Source: an uncultured cyanobacterium (GTDB lineage: Bacteria > Cyanobacteriota > Cyanobacteriia > Cyanobacteriales > Nostocaceae). Taken from it: a stretch of 64,000 bases of DNA. The notes beneath the pieces are model-generated. The model searched no databases, was not told where the DNA came from, and saw nothing but the letters and a program-made list of their open reading frames with translations. A program made the translations under genes and the position numbers. Shown here one piece after another: positions 10,307 through 21,256 of the stretch; positions within the stretch are counted from its first letter, which is position 1, and every line of letters starts with the position of its first letter. The DNA is taken from assembly GCA_963740315.1 (NCBI GenBank), contig CAVUDP010000002.1:3104001-3168000 (forward strand). Reading direction: 5' to 3'.

Positions 10307-11215
10307 CTACCCCCTCTCCCTCAGTTTCTCTTCACTTCGGGTAGAAACGACATCTGGTAAGGGGCGTTTTCTAAAGTAAAGCCACCATAAACCAGTTAAT
10401 CCTATAGCTATTTCTACTAAACTTACTATTTGAGCGATTCTCAACGGACCTAACATTAAGCTATCTAAACGCAACCCTTCAATCCAAAAGCGTCCTAAGC
10501 TGTAACACACTAGATAAACCAAGAATATCGTACCTGTTTTTAAGGAAAGTTTTCCCTGCAAGGCTCGAAAGAATAATGTCATCAGTAAGGCGAATACCAT
10601 GACATTCCATAAGGATTCGTAAAGGAATGTCGGATGGAAGAAACTTTCATCTATGTATTGCGGCGGGCGGGGGTAAATTTTTGAGCCATTAGCAAGCGTA
10701 ATTTCACTGGGGATATAAAGTTTCCAAGGTAAATTCGTCGGCTTTCCGAAGGCTTCTGAGTTGAAGAAATTTCCCCAGCGTCCAATTGCCTGCCCTAAAA
10801 TCAGCGAAGGAGCAACTAAGTCTGCTAACTGCCAAAATGAGACTTTTTTGACTTTAGCAAAGATTAAAGCAGCTATCAGCCCGCCGATAATTGCTCCATG
10901 AATAGCAATACCACCCTTCCAAATAGCGAAAATATCCCACGGGCGTTGAGCGTATTCTCGCCATTGAAATAAAACGTAATATAACCGTGCCGCTGGAATT
11001 GCGCCAATTACCAGCCAAATAGATAAATCGCTTAATAAATCGGGATTGACGTTACGACGCTTAGCCAAATATTGAGAAAGGGTAACGCCAATCAATACAG
11101 CCGAGGCAATCAACAAGCCATACCAGCGGATAGTTATCGGACCTAATTTTACTAAAATTGGACCCGGAGAAGTGAACACAAACGCCAAAGGCAAGTAGGA
11201 AATATCCAGTGCCAT
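10307..11215 (-). CDS. lgt: Prolipoprotein diacylglyceryl transferase
   Basis: [28 protein letters not shown] motifs. Confidence 0.97.
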   Translation of the reverse strand: MALDISYLPLAFVFTSPGPILVKLGPITIRWYGLLIASAVLIGVTLSQYLAKRRNVNPDLLSDLSIWLVIGAIPAARLYYVLFQWREYAQRPWDIFAIWKGGIAIHGAIIGGLIAALIFAKVKKVSFWQLADLVAPSLILGQAIGRWGNFFNSEAFGKPTNLPWKLYIPSEITLANGSKIYPRPPQYIDESFFHPTFLYESLWNVMVFALLMTLFFRALQGKLSLKTGTIFLVYLVCYSLGRFWIEGLRLDSLMLGPLRIAQIVSLVEIAIGLTGLWWLYFRKRPLPDVVSTRSEEKLRERG

Positions 11216-11277
11216 ACGAAATACCTACAATAATGCTGCACTCATACTGTGACATACTCCCATATTTCTGCAAGCAG

Positions 11278-11440
11278 GATGGGGAGAGGGGGGAGTATGG
11301 GGAGATGGGGGATGGGGGGATGGGGGAGATGGGGAGACAAGGAGAAATTAGTTCTTAACTCGCTACTTGCTACTCACTACTCACTACTTACTACTCCGAA
11401 CTCAATACTCCTAACTCAATACTCCTAACTCTTAACTGCC
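11278..11440. repeat. STRR arrays
   Basis: GGGAGAT and CTCCTAA/CTCAATA tandem units; partly the inverse of the array at 10130-10305. Confidence 0.8.
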
Positions 11441-11667
11441 AATTGTTAGCTAGTTACTATTTGTTGAGAATTGTAGTCTGGTATTATGAGAATTTAAAAT
11501 CTTAGTGGTATAAAAATAGTACAATATTGACGCGATATTTCTGGGATTTTGTCAGCAGGTTAATCGCAAAATTAAGCCCGATCGCTAAAAATGTTGGGAT
11601 TAGGTTTGCTGATACCAAGGGTGCAATGTAGAAGTTAAATTAGACACACAACCTTTGGCTGATTGTT

Positions 11668-12291
11668 ATGCAAAAGCGTTTAACACAAAAACAAGTTTCT
11701 CAAATTGTTGCAGAAGTTGAGCGTTTGTCTCAACGACAACAATCGGAAATTGAGCTGGAAGAGTTAGAGCAGATTTTACAGGAGTTGAATTTACCTGAAG
11801 ATTTGCTGGATGAAGCTGTAATGCAGGTTTATCGCAAGCAAGCTTTGGATAAGCAGAAAAAACGCAATCGTTGGATAATTGGGGGCGTGGTGGCGGTGGC
11901 GTTAAGTGCAGTTGCAGCTACGTTTTTTGTGCAACAACAGCAGCAACAAGAACTTGCACGTATTAATGTTTATGATAGCCGAGTTGGTTTCAGGCGTAAT
12001 GATTCTGTAAGTGTAGAAGAAATCGATCGTCAAAAGACTCCGGAAATATTTTACAATGTTACTCTTCAAGATGCTCCGGTAGGAAAACAGATAGAATTAG
12101 GGTGTAATTGGGTCGATCCTAGCCGTCAAATTGCCTATCAAAACAGTTGGAAAACTAAAAGGATCGCAAAAGAAGTTTGGAATACTCATTGTAAGTATAA
12201 ATTTAACGATAATGTTCCTGTTGGTAATTGGCTTGTACAAATGACTTTGGATGATGAAGTTATTACTAGTAACAAGTTTGTTGTTAAATAA
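11668..12291 (+). CDS. Membrane-anchored hypothetical protein (DUF3859-like C-terminal beta domain)
   Basis: N-terminal helical region, single TM segment, C-terminal CNWVDP...GNWLVQM domain. Confidence 0.65.
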   Translation: MQKRLTQKQVSQIVAEVERLSQRQQSEIELEELEQILQELNLPEDLLDEAVMQVYRKQALDKQKKRNRWIIGGVVAVALSAVAATFFVQQQQQQELARINVYDSRVGFRRNDSVSVEEIDRQKTPEIFYNVTLQDAPVGKQIELGCNWVDPSRQIAYQNSWKTKRIAKEVWNTHCKYKFNDNVPVGNWLVQMTLDDEVITSNKFVVK

Positions 12292-12406
12292 AATTGGGGA
12301 TTGGGCATAGGCGATCGAGCAAATATTTTTAGTTTGAAGTAAGGGCTTTAGCCCTCTAAAATATTAATCGTTGATAATTGGTAAATGATAATTAGTTAAT
12401 TAAGAA

Positions 12407-14069
12407 TTGAAAGAGATTTTAGGTTATTGGGGTTGCGGTAATTTATCTGAATCAGAAATTTTGAGTCAGGTGTTTAGTCAAGCATCTGTTAATAAAGGGT
12501 TGCAGCAAATAAGCTATCAAAATAACGATTGTGTTGGCACTATAGTCAGATGGAATTTTACAAATAATCCTTCTACAGACGGCGAAGGTATTGTTAATAA
12601 AAAAGATTTTTGTCAGGTTTCGCTTTCTGCTGCTGGAATTCCAGAGTTAGCAGATGCCGCAATTAAGTTTGAAAATAAGCGTTTAATTTTAAGTCGAGAT
12701 TGTTTTGGGCGCGTACCTTTATATTGGTTTCGGCAACAACAGATAATTTGGTTTGCTTCGCGTTTGCAGTTGTTATTACCTGTTTTAGATTCTCTACAAG
12801 TTAGTATTTCAGGTTTTTACGGCTATAACTGTTTTTCTTACGTACCTACTCCTTTAACTCCTGTGGAAAATATTTCTACAGTACCCGCAGGATGTGAAAT
12901 CGTTTGGGAAATCGATGGAGATATTAAAATTCAAAATTCATATCAATGGCAAGAAGCTGAAAATTTAATTCGAGATGAAAAAACGGCGATATTGCAATTA
13001 CAAGGTTTATTAAAAGATGCAATTCAGCGTCAACTTAGTAATTTAACTGATTCGGAAGTAGGAGTATTTCTTTCTGGGGGATTAGATTCTTCAATTGTTG
13101 CAGCTTTGTTGGTGCAAGCTGGGGTAAAAGTCAAAGCCTACGCTTTGGATTTCGGCGAATATGGAATTTCCGAATTACCTTTTGCTGAAGCTGTCGCCGC
13201 ACATTTACAGATTCCTTTAGTAAAAGTTGACGCAACACCAAACCGTATTAAGTCAGCAATTACGGCTACCGTCAAAGCCTTAGATTTACCTTTTGGTGAT
13301 GGTGTAACGGTACCTATATATTTACTGTGCGAAGCTGCATCAAAAGAAACTTCAGTAATTTTTAACGGTGAAGGGGGAGATCAGTTATTTGCTGGATGGA
13401 CTAATAAACCTTTGATTGCTGCTGGTATTTATAATTCTGAAGATTTTAATAGACAGTATTTAAAGACTTTTCATCGAATTTACGGTTATGAAGCGGAATG
13501 TTTTCAACCAGAATTAATTAGTCAAATAAAAAACATTAATCCAGAAAATTGGATTGGAGAAGCATTAAAACCAGAATTTACCAATAATATTTTAGCGAGA
13601 TTGCGGCGTGCTAGCTTGATGCTTAAAGGCGCACAAAATATTCATCCAAGGGCTACGAATTTAGGAAAAGCGTTTGATTTGAAAGTGCGTTAAGCGAAGC
13701 TCACCGAAGGTATCGCCATTTTGCGATTTAGCATTAGCCGAATGGAGTTTTGCACTTTCAGGAGAACTTTGTTTGCAGGGTAATACTGAAAAATACATCC
13801 TCAAACGTGCGGTTGAATCGTGGCTACCATCGGAAATTGTTTGGCGAGAAAAACGCGGTATGGGAGTACCTTTAAATAGTTGGTGCTTGGGTGAGTTGTG
13901 GAGTGAAGTTAGTAAAAGATTAAATACAGGTATTTTGAAATTTGAAAGGCGTTATCAAAAAGATATTATTCGGAAAGTTTTAGCGGGTGAAATCGGCGGG
14001 CAAATTCGTCAGCGTCGCATCGGTGAAGTTTTATGGTTGCTATTGATGTGGGAGATGTGGCGAGTTTAA
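12407..14069 (+). pseudogene. Asparagine-synthetase-like amide ligase interrupted by a 22-nt insertion
   Basis: SRDCFGRVPLY, LSGGLDSS, GEGGDQLFAG; deleting 13690-13711 restores VRSPFCD...EKYILKRA and fuses the two ORFs. Confidence 0.9.
13690..13711. mobile_element. Small dispersed repeat inserted in a HIP1 site (SDR5-like)
   Basis: GCG|TTAAGCGAAGCTCACCGAAGGT|ATCGC. Confidence 0.8.
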
Positions 14070-14171
14070 GTTTTGGGGAAGAAAGCAGAGGGGAGATGTT
14101 TTGATTATCGGTTATTGGGGTTGAGGGTTTTGCAGAAGTTTGGGAAATAATGGGAGGTTTGTAGGTAATTC

Positions 14172-14242
14172 TTGTAGGGTGTGTTACTGCACGAAATTTT
14201 TTGATAAATCAAGAATATGTAGTTGAAGCCGTAACGCACCAT
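14172..14242. repeat. Left half of a REP-like GTAGGGTGCGTTA element
   Basis: TTGTAGGGTGTGTTA...GCCGTAACGCACCAT. Confidence 0.7.
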
Positions 14243-14362
14243 CCGAGATTAGGAAATTCTAAAATATTGCACCTCATAAGCGAAGTTATTCCTTATTTTT
14301 AACACTGCTAATTAAGCAATGTGAAATAATTAGTTAATATTATATCCACCAAGGTAATTAAT

Positions 14363-14569
14363 ATGAACGCTCACAAAATCGAAACAGTTCTAAACGAAGA
14401 TGGAACTTTAACATTACGAGGATTACCTTTTCATGCTGGGGATGCCGTAGAGGTAATCATTCTTAAAACATCTATAAAAAAACAACGATCGGCATCGGAA
14501 TCTCAAGTAAAAAACAATGCTTATCCCTTAGAAGGTAAAGTAATACATTATGATAACCCAACTAATTAA
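14363..14569 (+). CDS. Small hypothetical protein (antitoxin-like, possibly truncated)
   Basis: EDGTLTLRGLPFHAGDAVEVII...YPLEGKVIHYDNP pattern. Confidence 0.6.
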   Translation: MNAHKIETVLNEDGTLTLRGLPFHAGDAVEVIILKTSIKKQRSASESQVKNNAYPLEGKVIHYDNPTN

Positions 14570-14627
14570 ATTGAAAAATAGTTTAAGTTAAGATGAGCTT
14601 TAATTTTCATTTTAAATAGTTCTTAAA

Positions 14628-15395
14628 CTAACCAAACCTAAAACCTTCCGACTCTAGTCGAGTAATGTTTACATCTTCTAAAATCGCTACCAAGGCTGAA
14701 CCATTTGGAACGTCAAAAGCCAAGCCACTACCGCTTACAGAAATAGGATCTAAACCGAAGCTTAAATCAACACTAGGATCTTCTATATATAAAATAGCGG
14801 TTCCGTCGAAGCCATAATTTACAGTGTCATAATCGAACCTAGTTCCTGGCAATCTGATGACATCTCCTTCGGATGGATTGAAATCTGTAATTTGTGCATA
14901 CTTCTGTCCCCTCTCAAAAGCTTTGTCTGGATTTCTAGTAGATGGAGCTATTAAGAAAGCGTCTTTCCCTGCTCCTCCAGTTAAAACTTCAGGATCGTTG
15001 AAAGATGGTGATATATCTCCTCCTGTTTGTTCGGAAAGTCTATCTTGCAACTTTGCAATTAAACTCTTCCGTTCTCCTAAGCCATATATAATATCATCCC
15101 CATCGCCACCTTCTAATAAGTTAGAGCCTTTTCCACCGCGAAGAATATCATCACCTGAATTTCCATAGATAAAATCTCGATCGTCACCACCTTTGATTAT
15201 GTCATCGCCATTACCACCAAATAATGTGTCTACTCCTGCACCGCCAAAAATATTATCTACTGCGTCACCACCTTCTATGATGTCATCACCATCGTAGCCA
15301 GCTAGAATATCGTTGCCTCCTCCACCTTTTAAATTGTCATTTTCAGAAGTACCTTGCAAAAGGTTACGTTGATTAGTGCCTACTTTTGTTGCCAT
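14628..15395 (-). CDS. RTX-repeat calcium-binding protein
   Basis: Multiple GGxGxDxL nonapeptides; ITDFNPSEGDVIRL. Confidence 0.9.
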   Translation of the reverse strand: MATKVGTNQRNLLQGTSENDNLKGGGGNDILAGYDGDDIIEGGDAVDNIFGGAGVDTLFGGNGDDIIKGGDDRDFIYGNSGDDILRGGKGSNLLEGGDGDDIIYGLGERKSLIAKLQDRLSEQTGGDISPSFNDPEVLTGGAGKDAFLIAPSTRNPDKAFERGQKYAQITDFNPSEGDVIRLPGTRFDYDTVNYGFDGTAILYIEDPSVDLSFGLDPISVSGSGLAFDVPNGSALVAILEDVNITRLESEGFRFG

Positions 15396-15829
15396 TTTAC
15401 AAATCCAATAATTCAAGCTAATTTAGGCAACATTCTAAAATTTTATTTAATAATCCGTGAATCAATCTTTAGATATAAAAGAGTTATTTTTAAACTTAGT
15501 ACTAAAGTACCTAATTCGTCGTAAAAAAAACCTTGTATTGAAGCAGGGATAAGGATTTAATTATATTTGACCACAAATTTATTAGAAAAGGTATTCATAA
15601 TACGTGCAGATTTTATACCTGTAATAAGTATAGATTTTCATTTTTTATATAGAAAAATTAAATTGTTTATGAGAATTGAAGGGTATTTAATTATGTTGAT
15701 AATTTTCTAGGTCTTTGGACTAATTAAATACATCTATTTTTGATAGAAGATAAGCAGCAATTTATACTTGTTTTCAACTAAAGATTAAAACTCTTGTGGT
15801 GCGGGCATCCCGGAGCGCCTTCAAACATT

Positions 15830-15897
15830 ATGGTGCGTTACGGCTATTTAACTTCTAACCTATAACCATATCCCTTCACACCTAACGCACCCTACAA
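15830..15897. repeat. Right half of a REP-like GTAGGGTGCGTTA element
   Basis: ATGGTGCGTTACGGC...TAACGCACCCTACAA, inverse of the ends of 14172-14242. Confidence 0.7.
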
Positions 15898-15979
15898 ATT
15901 AATTAATACAAGTAAATTATACCGTATTAGGATAAAATTCCCTCGTGAATAACTGATTTTATTCCGAGGTAAAAATTAA

Positions 15980-17435
15980 ATGCCTTATGCCCAATGCCCC
16001 ATTCCCGATCGCATAGCAACAGAAATCCTTTCAATTTACGATTCCCCTTTATACGTTTATCAAGGCGATATCTTAAGTCAAACAATCGATCGCATTACTA
16101 AATCAATTCCCTATCCTCACACAAAATTCTACTTTGCTAGCGTTACCAAAGGCAATATTTCGTTGCTGCAAATCTTCAAAAATTGCGGTTGGGGAATTCA
16201 TGCAAATACACCAGGTGATGTTTTTTTAGCGTTAAAAGCTGGCTTTTCTCCTGAAAATATTGTTTACAGCGGTAGCAATCTGAGTAACGAGGAAATGGCA
16301 AGTTTATTAAATTGGGGAATTACAACTTTTAATTTAGATAGCGTTGCTCAATTGCGGGTATTTTGCGATGTTTATCAATCTCGAAATAATCAAAATATTT
16401 GTAGTGCGTTAACGTTCACGCGGAGCGTGCGGCTCAGTGTGTCCGCCAGGACATGCATCTTGCTCGCTAGAGAAGACAATCTCCCTAAAGAAGACAATCT
16501 CGTAAAAGAAGATAATCTCCCTAAAAAAGACAATCAAAATAATAATATTTGTAGTGCGTTAACGTTCACGCGGAGCGTGCGGCTCAGTGTGTCCGCCAGG
16601 ACATACATCTTGCTCGCTAGAGAAGACAATCTCCCTAAAGAAGACAATCTCGTAAAAGAAGATAATCTCCCTAAAAAAGACAATCAAAATAATAATATTT
16701 GTAGTGCGTTAACGCACTACAAACAAAAAAATCAAAACCGCCAGGAAAAAATAAAATTAGGATTGCGTTTAAATTTAGCGGAAATCACCGGCGAGAGTCG
16801 CATAGGTGTACGCCCAAATGAGTTTTTATAAGCTGTAGAAGTTGCAAGCAAAGTAAATTTTAAAATTAGCGGTTTACATTTTTATAGAGGTACGGGAACT
16901 AATGCGACTAAGGCTTTTACACAAGTAATTCATCAAGTTATAGAAGCCGCAAAATTATTACCGGATTGGCAATATTTAGATTTTGGTGGCGGTTTTGGAT
17001 ATCCCTATCATCATGATGGAGTTGCTTTTGATTGGGAAAGTTTTGGTAACGAAATTACCGCTATTTTATTAAATCTAGATCGAAAAATTGATTTAATTAT
17101 CGAACCAGGAAGGGCTGCGATCGCAAGTTGTTTCTATAAAATGGCAGCAAGATAAACAAATTATCGGCGTTAATACCACTGTTGCTAATTTATCGGTGCT
17201 ATCGGTACATGGAGGCTATCGCGAAATTGTTAGTTGGAAATCGGGAAATTTATATCAAACAGATGTGTGTGGCAATACTACTTATTCTCGCGATTATCTA
17301 GGAAGAAACTGTCAGCTTCCGAAGTTAGAAATAGGAGATGTCATCGCTATTTTAGATGTCGGTGCTTACGGCTATGCCATGTCTTCTCATTTTTTAGATC
17401 GCCCCCGCCCTGCTGAGGTTTTATTAGACGATCGT
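15980..17435 (+). pseudogene. Diaminopimelate/ornithine-decarboxylase-like (fold III PLP) pseudogene
   Basis: SPLYVY, LHFY, DFGGGFG, IEPGR, DVGAYG motifs; in-frame repeat insertion, TAA at 16829-16831, frameshift near 17131. Confidence 0.88.
16395..16720. repeat. 150-bp tandem duplication with nested small repeats
   Basis: GTAGTGCGTTAACG at 16401, 16551 and 16701; internal 18-bp AAAGAAGACAATCTC subrepeats. Confidence 0.95.
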
Positions 17436-18459
17436 GACTGTAATTTTTACTGCTGGTATTTCATTGGTTGTAGGATTAACCATGATACTGATTAATACTT
17501 ATTTACAAACTAAATCTTCAGAAAATAAACTTTCAATTCGTAAAGGTAACGCCAAGTTTCTTCAAATTAGCGGTATTGTAATCTTGATAGTAGGAATTTT
17601 AGTTTCACTTCCAGCTAATTCATTTCCTTTATTTATAACCAGCGTTATTTCAGGAATGCTGTCAATTTATTTTGGAACTTTACAAAAAAGACATTTAATA
17701 GATGCGCCTGAAACTGTCGCAATTAATCAAGATTTATTTCAAAATTGGGTAAATCGCTGGCAGCAAATTAACGGTGCGATCGCAAATCTATTACCTTTAC
17801 CGCGTCAACAAATTACACCAGCTAACATCAATCCCGATATCACTGCATACAGTTTCGATCGAGTAGTTGTTTGCGATCGCGCTGAAATTGCACAATTATT
17901 AATAGCTAATAATTTCCACTTTGAAAATAACTGTGCCGTCTTGAGTATTACAGGATATCCAGAAAATATTTTTAGCACTGTTATGGAAATGTTAAGATGT
18001 AATCCCGATTTAAAAGTCTATGCTTTACATGATGCTTCTCCACGCGGTTTAAATTTAATAAATCATCTCCGCACCAGCCCTAATTGGTTTTTAAATACCG
18101 ATGCTACTATTTACGATTTAGGATTGTTACCGCGTCAGTTTATCAAAAAGTCACAAGCATTTATCCAAGCTTCGGAACAATCTGCGACAGATGCAAGAAA
18201 TCTATCAATCGATGTCAAACGAGATTTAACCGAAGCAGAAATTGCATGGTTAGAGTCAGGTAAATTTATAGAATTAGAATCTTACACACCGAAAAAATTA
18301 CTAAGAGTTGTAACTCAAGGTATTACTAAAAGTCGTCAACCGGATATTCTTCAACCGGATAATGGTGGCACTACTTTTATTGGTGGTTATGACGATTATG
18401 ATAACGACAGCGATCGCAGTAGTAGTATTACAATGTTTACCGTTGATACTTTCGGATAA
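17434..18459 (+). CDS. Membrane protein with C-terminal TOPRIM-like region, probably 5'-truncated
   Basis: Three TM segments, then RVVVCD...VYALHDAS; the GTG start overlaps the decarboxylase end with no RBS. Confidence 0.6.
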   Translation: MTVIFTAGISLVVGLTMILINTYLQTKSSENKLSIRKGNAKFLQISGIVILIVGILVSLPANSFPLFITSVISGMLSIYFGTLQKRHLIDAPETVAINQDLFQNWVNRWQQINGAIANLLPLPRQQITPANINPDITAYSFDRVVVCDRAEIAQLLIANNFHFENNCAVLSITGYPENIFSTVMEMLRCNPDLKVYALHDASPRGLNLINHLRTSPNWFLNTDATIYDLGLLPRQFIKKSQAFIQASEQSATDARNLSIDVKRDLTEAEIAWLESGKFIELESYTPKKLLRVVTQGITKSRQPDILQPDNGGTTFIGGYDDYDNDSDRSSSITMFTVDTFG

Positions 18460-18475
18460 TCAATTCCCTATTCCC

Positions 18476-18585
18476 TCGTTACAAGGCTCTGCCTTGTAAT
18501 GCATTTCACGGAGGCTCTGCCTCCAGTAAAATCAAGAGGCAGAGCCTCTAAGATATGCGTTTCCAGGCAGAGCCTAGAAACGAGT
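18476..18585. repeat. Palindromic AGGCTCTGCCT/AGGCAGAGCCT dispersed element
   Basis: Two AGGCTCTGCCT and two AGGCAGAGCCT units within CTCGTT...AACGAG ends. Confidence 0.8.
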
Positions 18586-18754
18586 TACTAAGATAAAATA
18601 ATCAAACCCGCGCAGGCGGGTTTTGCTTGTGTAGCCGTGTTCACCGCTAGGTGCGGCACATTCAATCGCCAGGTATTTCTAATAATCCCCCCATCCCCCC
18701 ATCTCCCCCTCTTCCCATCCCCCCCTCTCCCCCTCTCCCCATCTCCCCCTCTCC

Positions 18755-19797
18755 TCACCTCTTCTGCACCTGCAACCAAATTTCCAAACTCACCAACAAC
18801 CACAATTTCACCCCATATCGCCGCCAAGCATCACCGCGATAATTCGACATTGTTAGCGGTAGCTTATCCCACATATCATCAGGGGTAATTTATAGGATAT
18901 GATGCTGAGTTTTGCAGTGTTGCGCCACTAAGCCCGAAAACTCCAATTCATTCGGACAATTCTCGCCAAAATGAATCGAGTAGGTATGTACGGGATAGTT
19001 ATGATTTGCAGCCAGCGCAGTTATACAGCTTGAATCCAAACCTCCAGATAGATAAATCCCCACGGGTTCATCCACGGGTAAATATTCCCGCACAACTTCA
19101 TCTAAAAGCTGCCGTAACTGCTTTCCGTGCCAAATTAAGCTTTCTTCTGCATTCTGAATATTTTCTCGTGCTTCCCAAAACAGTTTTTTGTTAATATTTA
19201 TTTTTTCTCCAGATGATTCCATTTGTAAAACCATCCCTACAGATAATTCATCCACGTTTTCCCCGCACCGTTTGCTCTCCAGGTACGTGCATCACAGCAA
19301 AGATAATCTCGCAAAGCGACTAAATTTAACTGTTGGGAATGAAAGGGTAAAAGCGTCGCTAAACGAGGCGCAATAACGCAAATTTTCCCGGAATTATTGT
19401 AATAAAGAGTACGGCTTCCAACGCCATCTCGGACTAAATATAGCTGCTTTTCTTGGTTATCCCAAACACATATCGAGAACATTCCTTCTAACAATTTGAG
19501 ACATTCTTAACCTTTAATTTCCCAAAGATGCGCTACTATTTCAATATCCGTATATTTTTTATTTAAATGTAATAATTGCCGCAAATGAGAGTGGTTGCTT
19601 AGCCAGATATCTCCAATTACAATAAAACGACTATTATGACTTTTTACAGCTTGGGTTTTGACTACAAAAAACTCTTTACAGCAGTAAGTAACATCATAAT
19701 TGCTGGCATCTATCTGTCCCAAAACTACATACCAATCCGGTACAACGTTGATATCGGGGATTTGTCTTTTATTCCATAAAGTGGTTAATTTCACCAA
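18755..19797 (-). pseudogene. Second asparagine-synthetase-like gene, multiply disrupted
   Basis: LEGMFS, VRDGVGSRTLYY, LSGGLDSS; in-frame stops near 19507 and 18890, frameshifts near 19260-19290, and a jump to a C-terminal RYGVKLWLLVSLEIWLQ segment. Confidence 0.85.
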
Positions 19798-20078
19798 GAT
19801 TTAAAACTATTGATTCAGAATTGAAAATCAAAATACCGATGAGTTGCCCTTGATAAATAGATAAGTTTAATCCAAAATCCAAACCAAACGCATCCGTTGT
19901 TAAAATCCAAAATTGGTTGACATTGGCTATAGATGGAAATAGTATATTTTGATGCGAATTCAGGGATAATAGATAAATATATTACATTTTAAATTTTACA
20001 ATTTAATTGGTAATTTTAAATACATTGTTTTGCAGAAAAATACTTCAATATAATTACTGAACCTTGAAATAACTAAGT

Positions 20079-20642
20079 GTGATGATTGCGATTTATCCAG
20101 GAAGTTTTGACCCTGTTACTAAGGGGCATCTTGATATTATTGAACGTGCCAGTCGGCTATTTTCACAAGTGATTGTTGCCGTATTGCGTAATCCCAACAA
20201 AACTCCATTGTTCAGCGTGCAACAACGTTTAGAACAAATACGTCAATCTACCACACATTTAGATAATGTAGAAATAGATGCCTTTGAAGGTTTAACAGTC
20301 GAATACGCCCGAATGCACAAAGCGCAAGTTTTATTAAGGGGTTTACGGGCGATTTCAGACTTTGAAGTTGAACTGCAAATGGCACACACCAATAAAACTC
20401 TTTCCACCGAAATAGAAACTGTTTTTTTTGCAACGTCGAATGAGTATAGTTTTTTAAGTAGTAGTGTGGTAAAAGAGATTGCAAGGTTTGGTGGTTCTAT
20501 TAATCATCTCGTTCCCCCTCACGTTGCTTTGGACACATACAAATGCTTCACCCACAACCAAACGGTATCGAACCCAATCAAAACGGACAAAACGGAAGTC
20601 ATCCCCCCTCTCAACCGTTTCCCCAACAGTCGGGAAGCGTAG
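20079..20642 (+). CDS. coaD: Phosphopantetheine adenylyltransferase
   Basis: [25 protein letters not shown] motifs. Confidence 0.97.
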   Translation: MMIAIYPGSFDPVTKGHLDIIERASRLFSQVIVAVLRNPNKTPLFSVQQRLEQIRQSTTHLDNVEIDAFEGLTVEYARMHKAQVLLRGLRAISDFEVELQMAHTNKTLSTEIETVFFATSNEYSFLSSSVVKEIARFGGSINHLVPPHVALDTYKCFTHNQTVSNPIKTDKTEVIPPLNRFPNSREA

Positions 20643-21226
20643 ATATTCAGCAGGAACTCAACCGTTTAGAAGAAATAATTCTCACCAGTTTTCGCATCCC
20701 TTTGACGCGAAAGACTTTGGTAGATGAAGAAAAGTTACTCGAACAGCTTGATTTTATCCGCTTATCTCTACCCGAAGCTTTCCAAGAAGCGATCGTAACC
20801 ATTCAGCAAAAAGAAGAAATTCTTCTAGAAGCCGAAGCTTACGGACAGCAAATGGTAGAAGCAGCACAAGCCAAAAGGGCGCAAGTGTTGAACGAAAGCG
20901 ATATCATCAGGCAAGCCGAGCAACAAACCGAACAATTGCGCCGACAAGTGCAGCAAGAATGCGAGCAGATGATGCAAGAAACTGTTGATGAAATCGAGCG
21001 CAAACGGCGTGTTTGTCAGCAAGAAATTGAAGAAATGCGCCGTTTAGCGATGGAAGAAGCCGAACAAATCGCGAGCGGTGCAGATCAATATGCCGATAAT
21101 GTTTTAGAACATATGGAGCATGAACTTAACGAATCGTTAAAGATTATTCGCAACGGTAGACAGCAGCTTTATGCCGAACCCCAGCCACCGCAAAGAGGTT
21201 ATCCTGTTAAAGTCAAAAAGAAGTAG
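20543..21226 (+). CDS. Coiled-coil DivIVA-like protein downstream of coaD
   Basis: LNRLEEII...[12 protein letters not shown]; long coiled coil. Confidence 0.8.
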   Translation: MLHPQPNGIEPNQNGQNGSHPPSQPFPQQSGSVDIQQELNRLEEIILTSFRIPLTRKTLVDEEKLLEQLDFIRLSLPEAFQEAIVTIQQKEEILLEAEAYGQQMVEAAQAKRAQVLNESDIIRQAEQQTEQLRRQVQQECEQMMQETVDEIERKRRVCQQEIEEMRRLAMEEAEQIASGADQYADNVLEHMEHELNESLKIIRNGRQQLYAEPQPPQRGYPVKVKKK

Positions 21227-21256
21227 AGGTCTTTTCTCCAAATATAATATTCATAA

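Noticed and set aside
12407..14069. Lasso peptide cluster
   Set aside because: No B1/B2 (RRE/protease) genes or precursor are seen near the AsnB-like genes.
20543..20642. 100-bp overlap of coaD with the next gene
   Set aside because: Explained by a non-conserved coaD tail or an uncertain downstream start; not evidence of a special mechanism.
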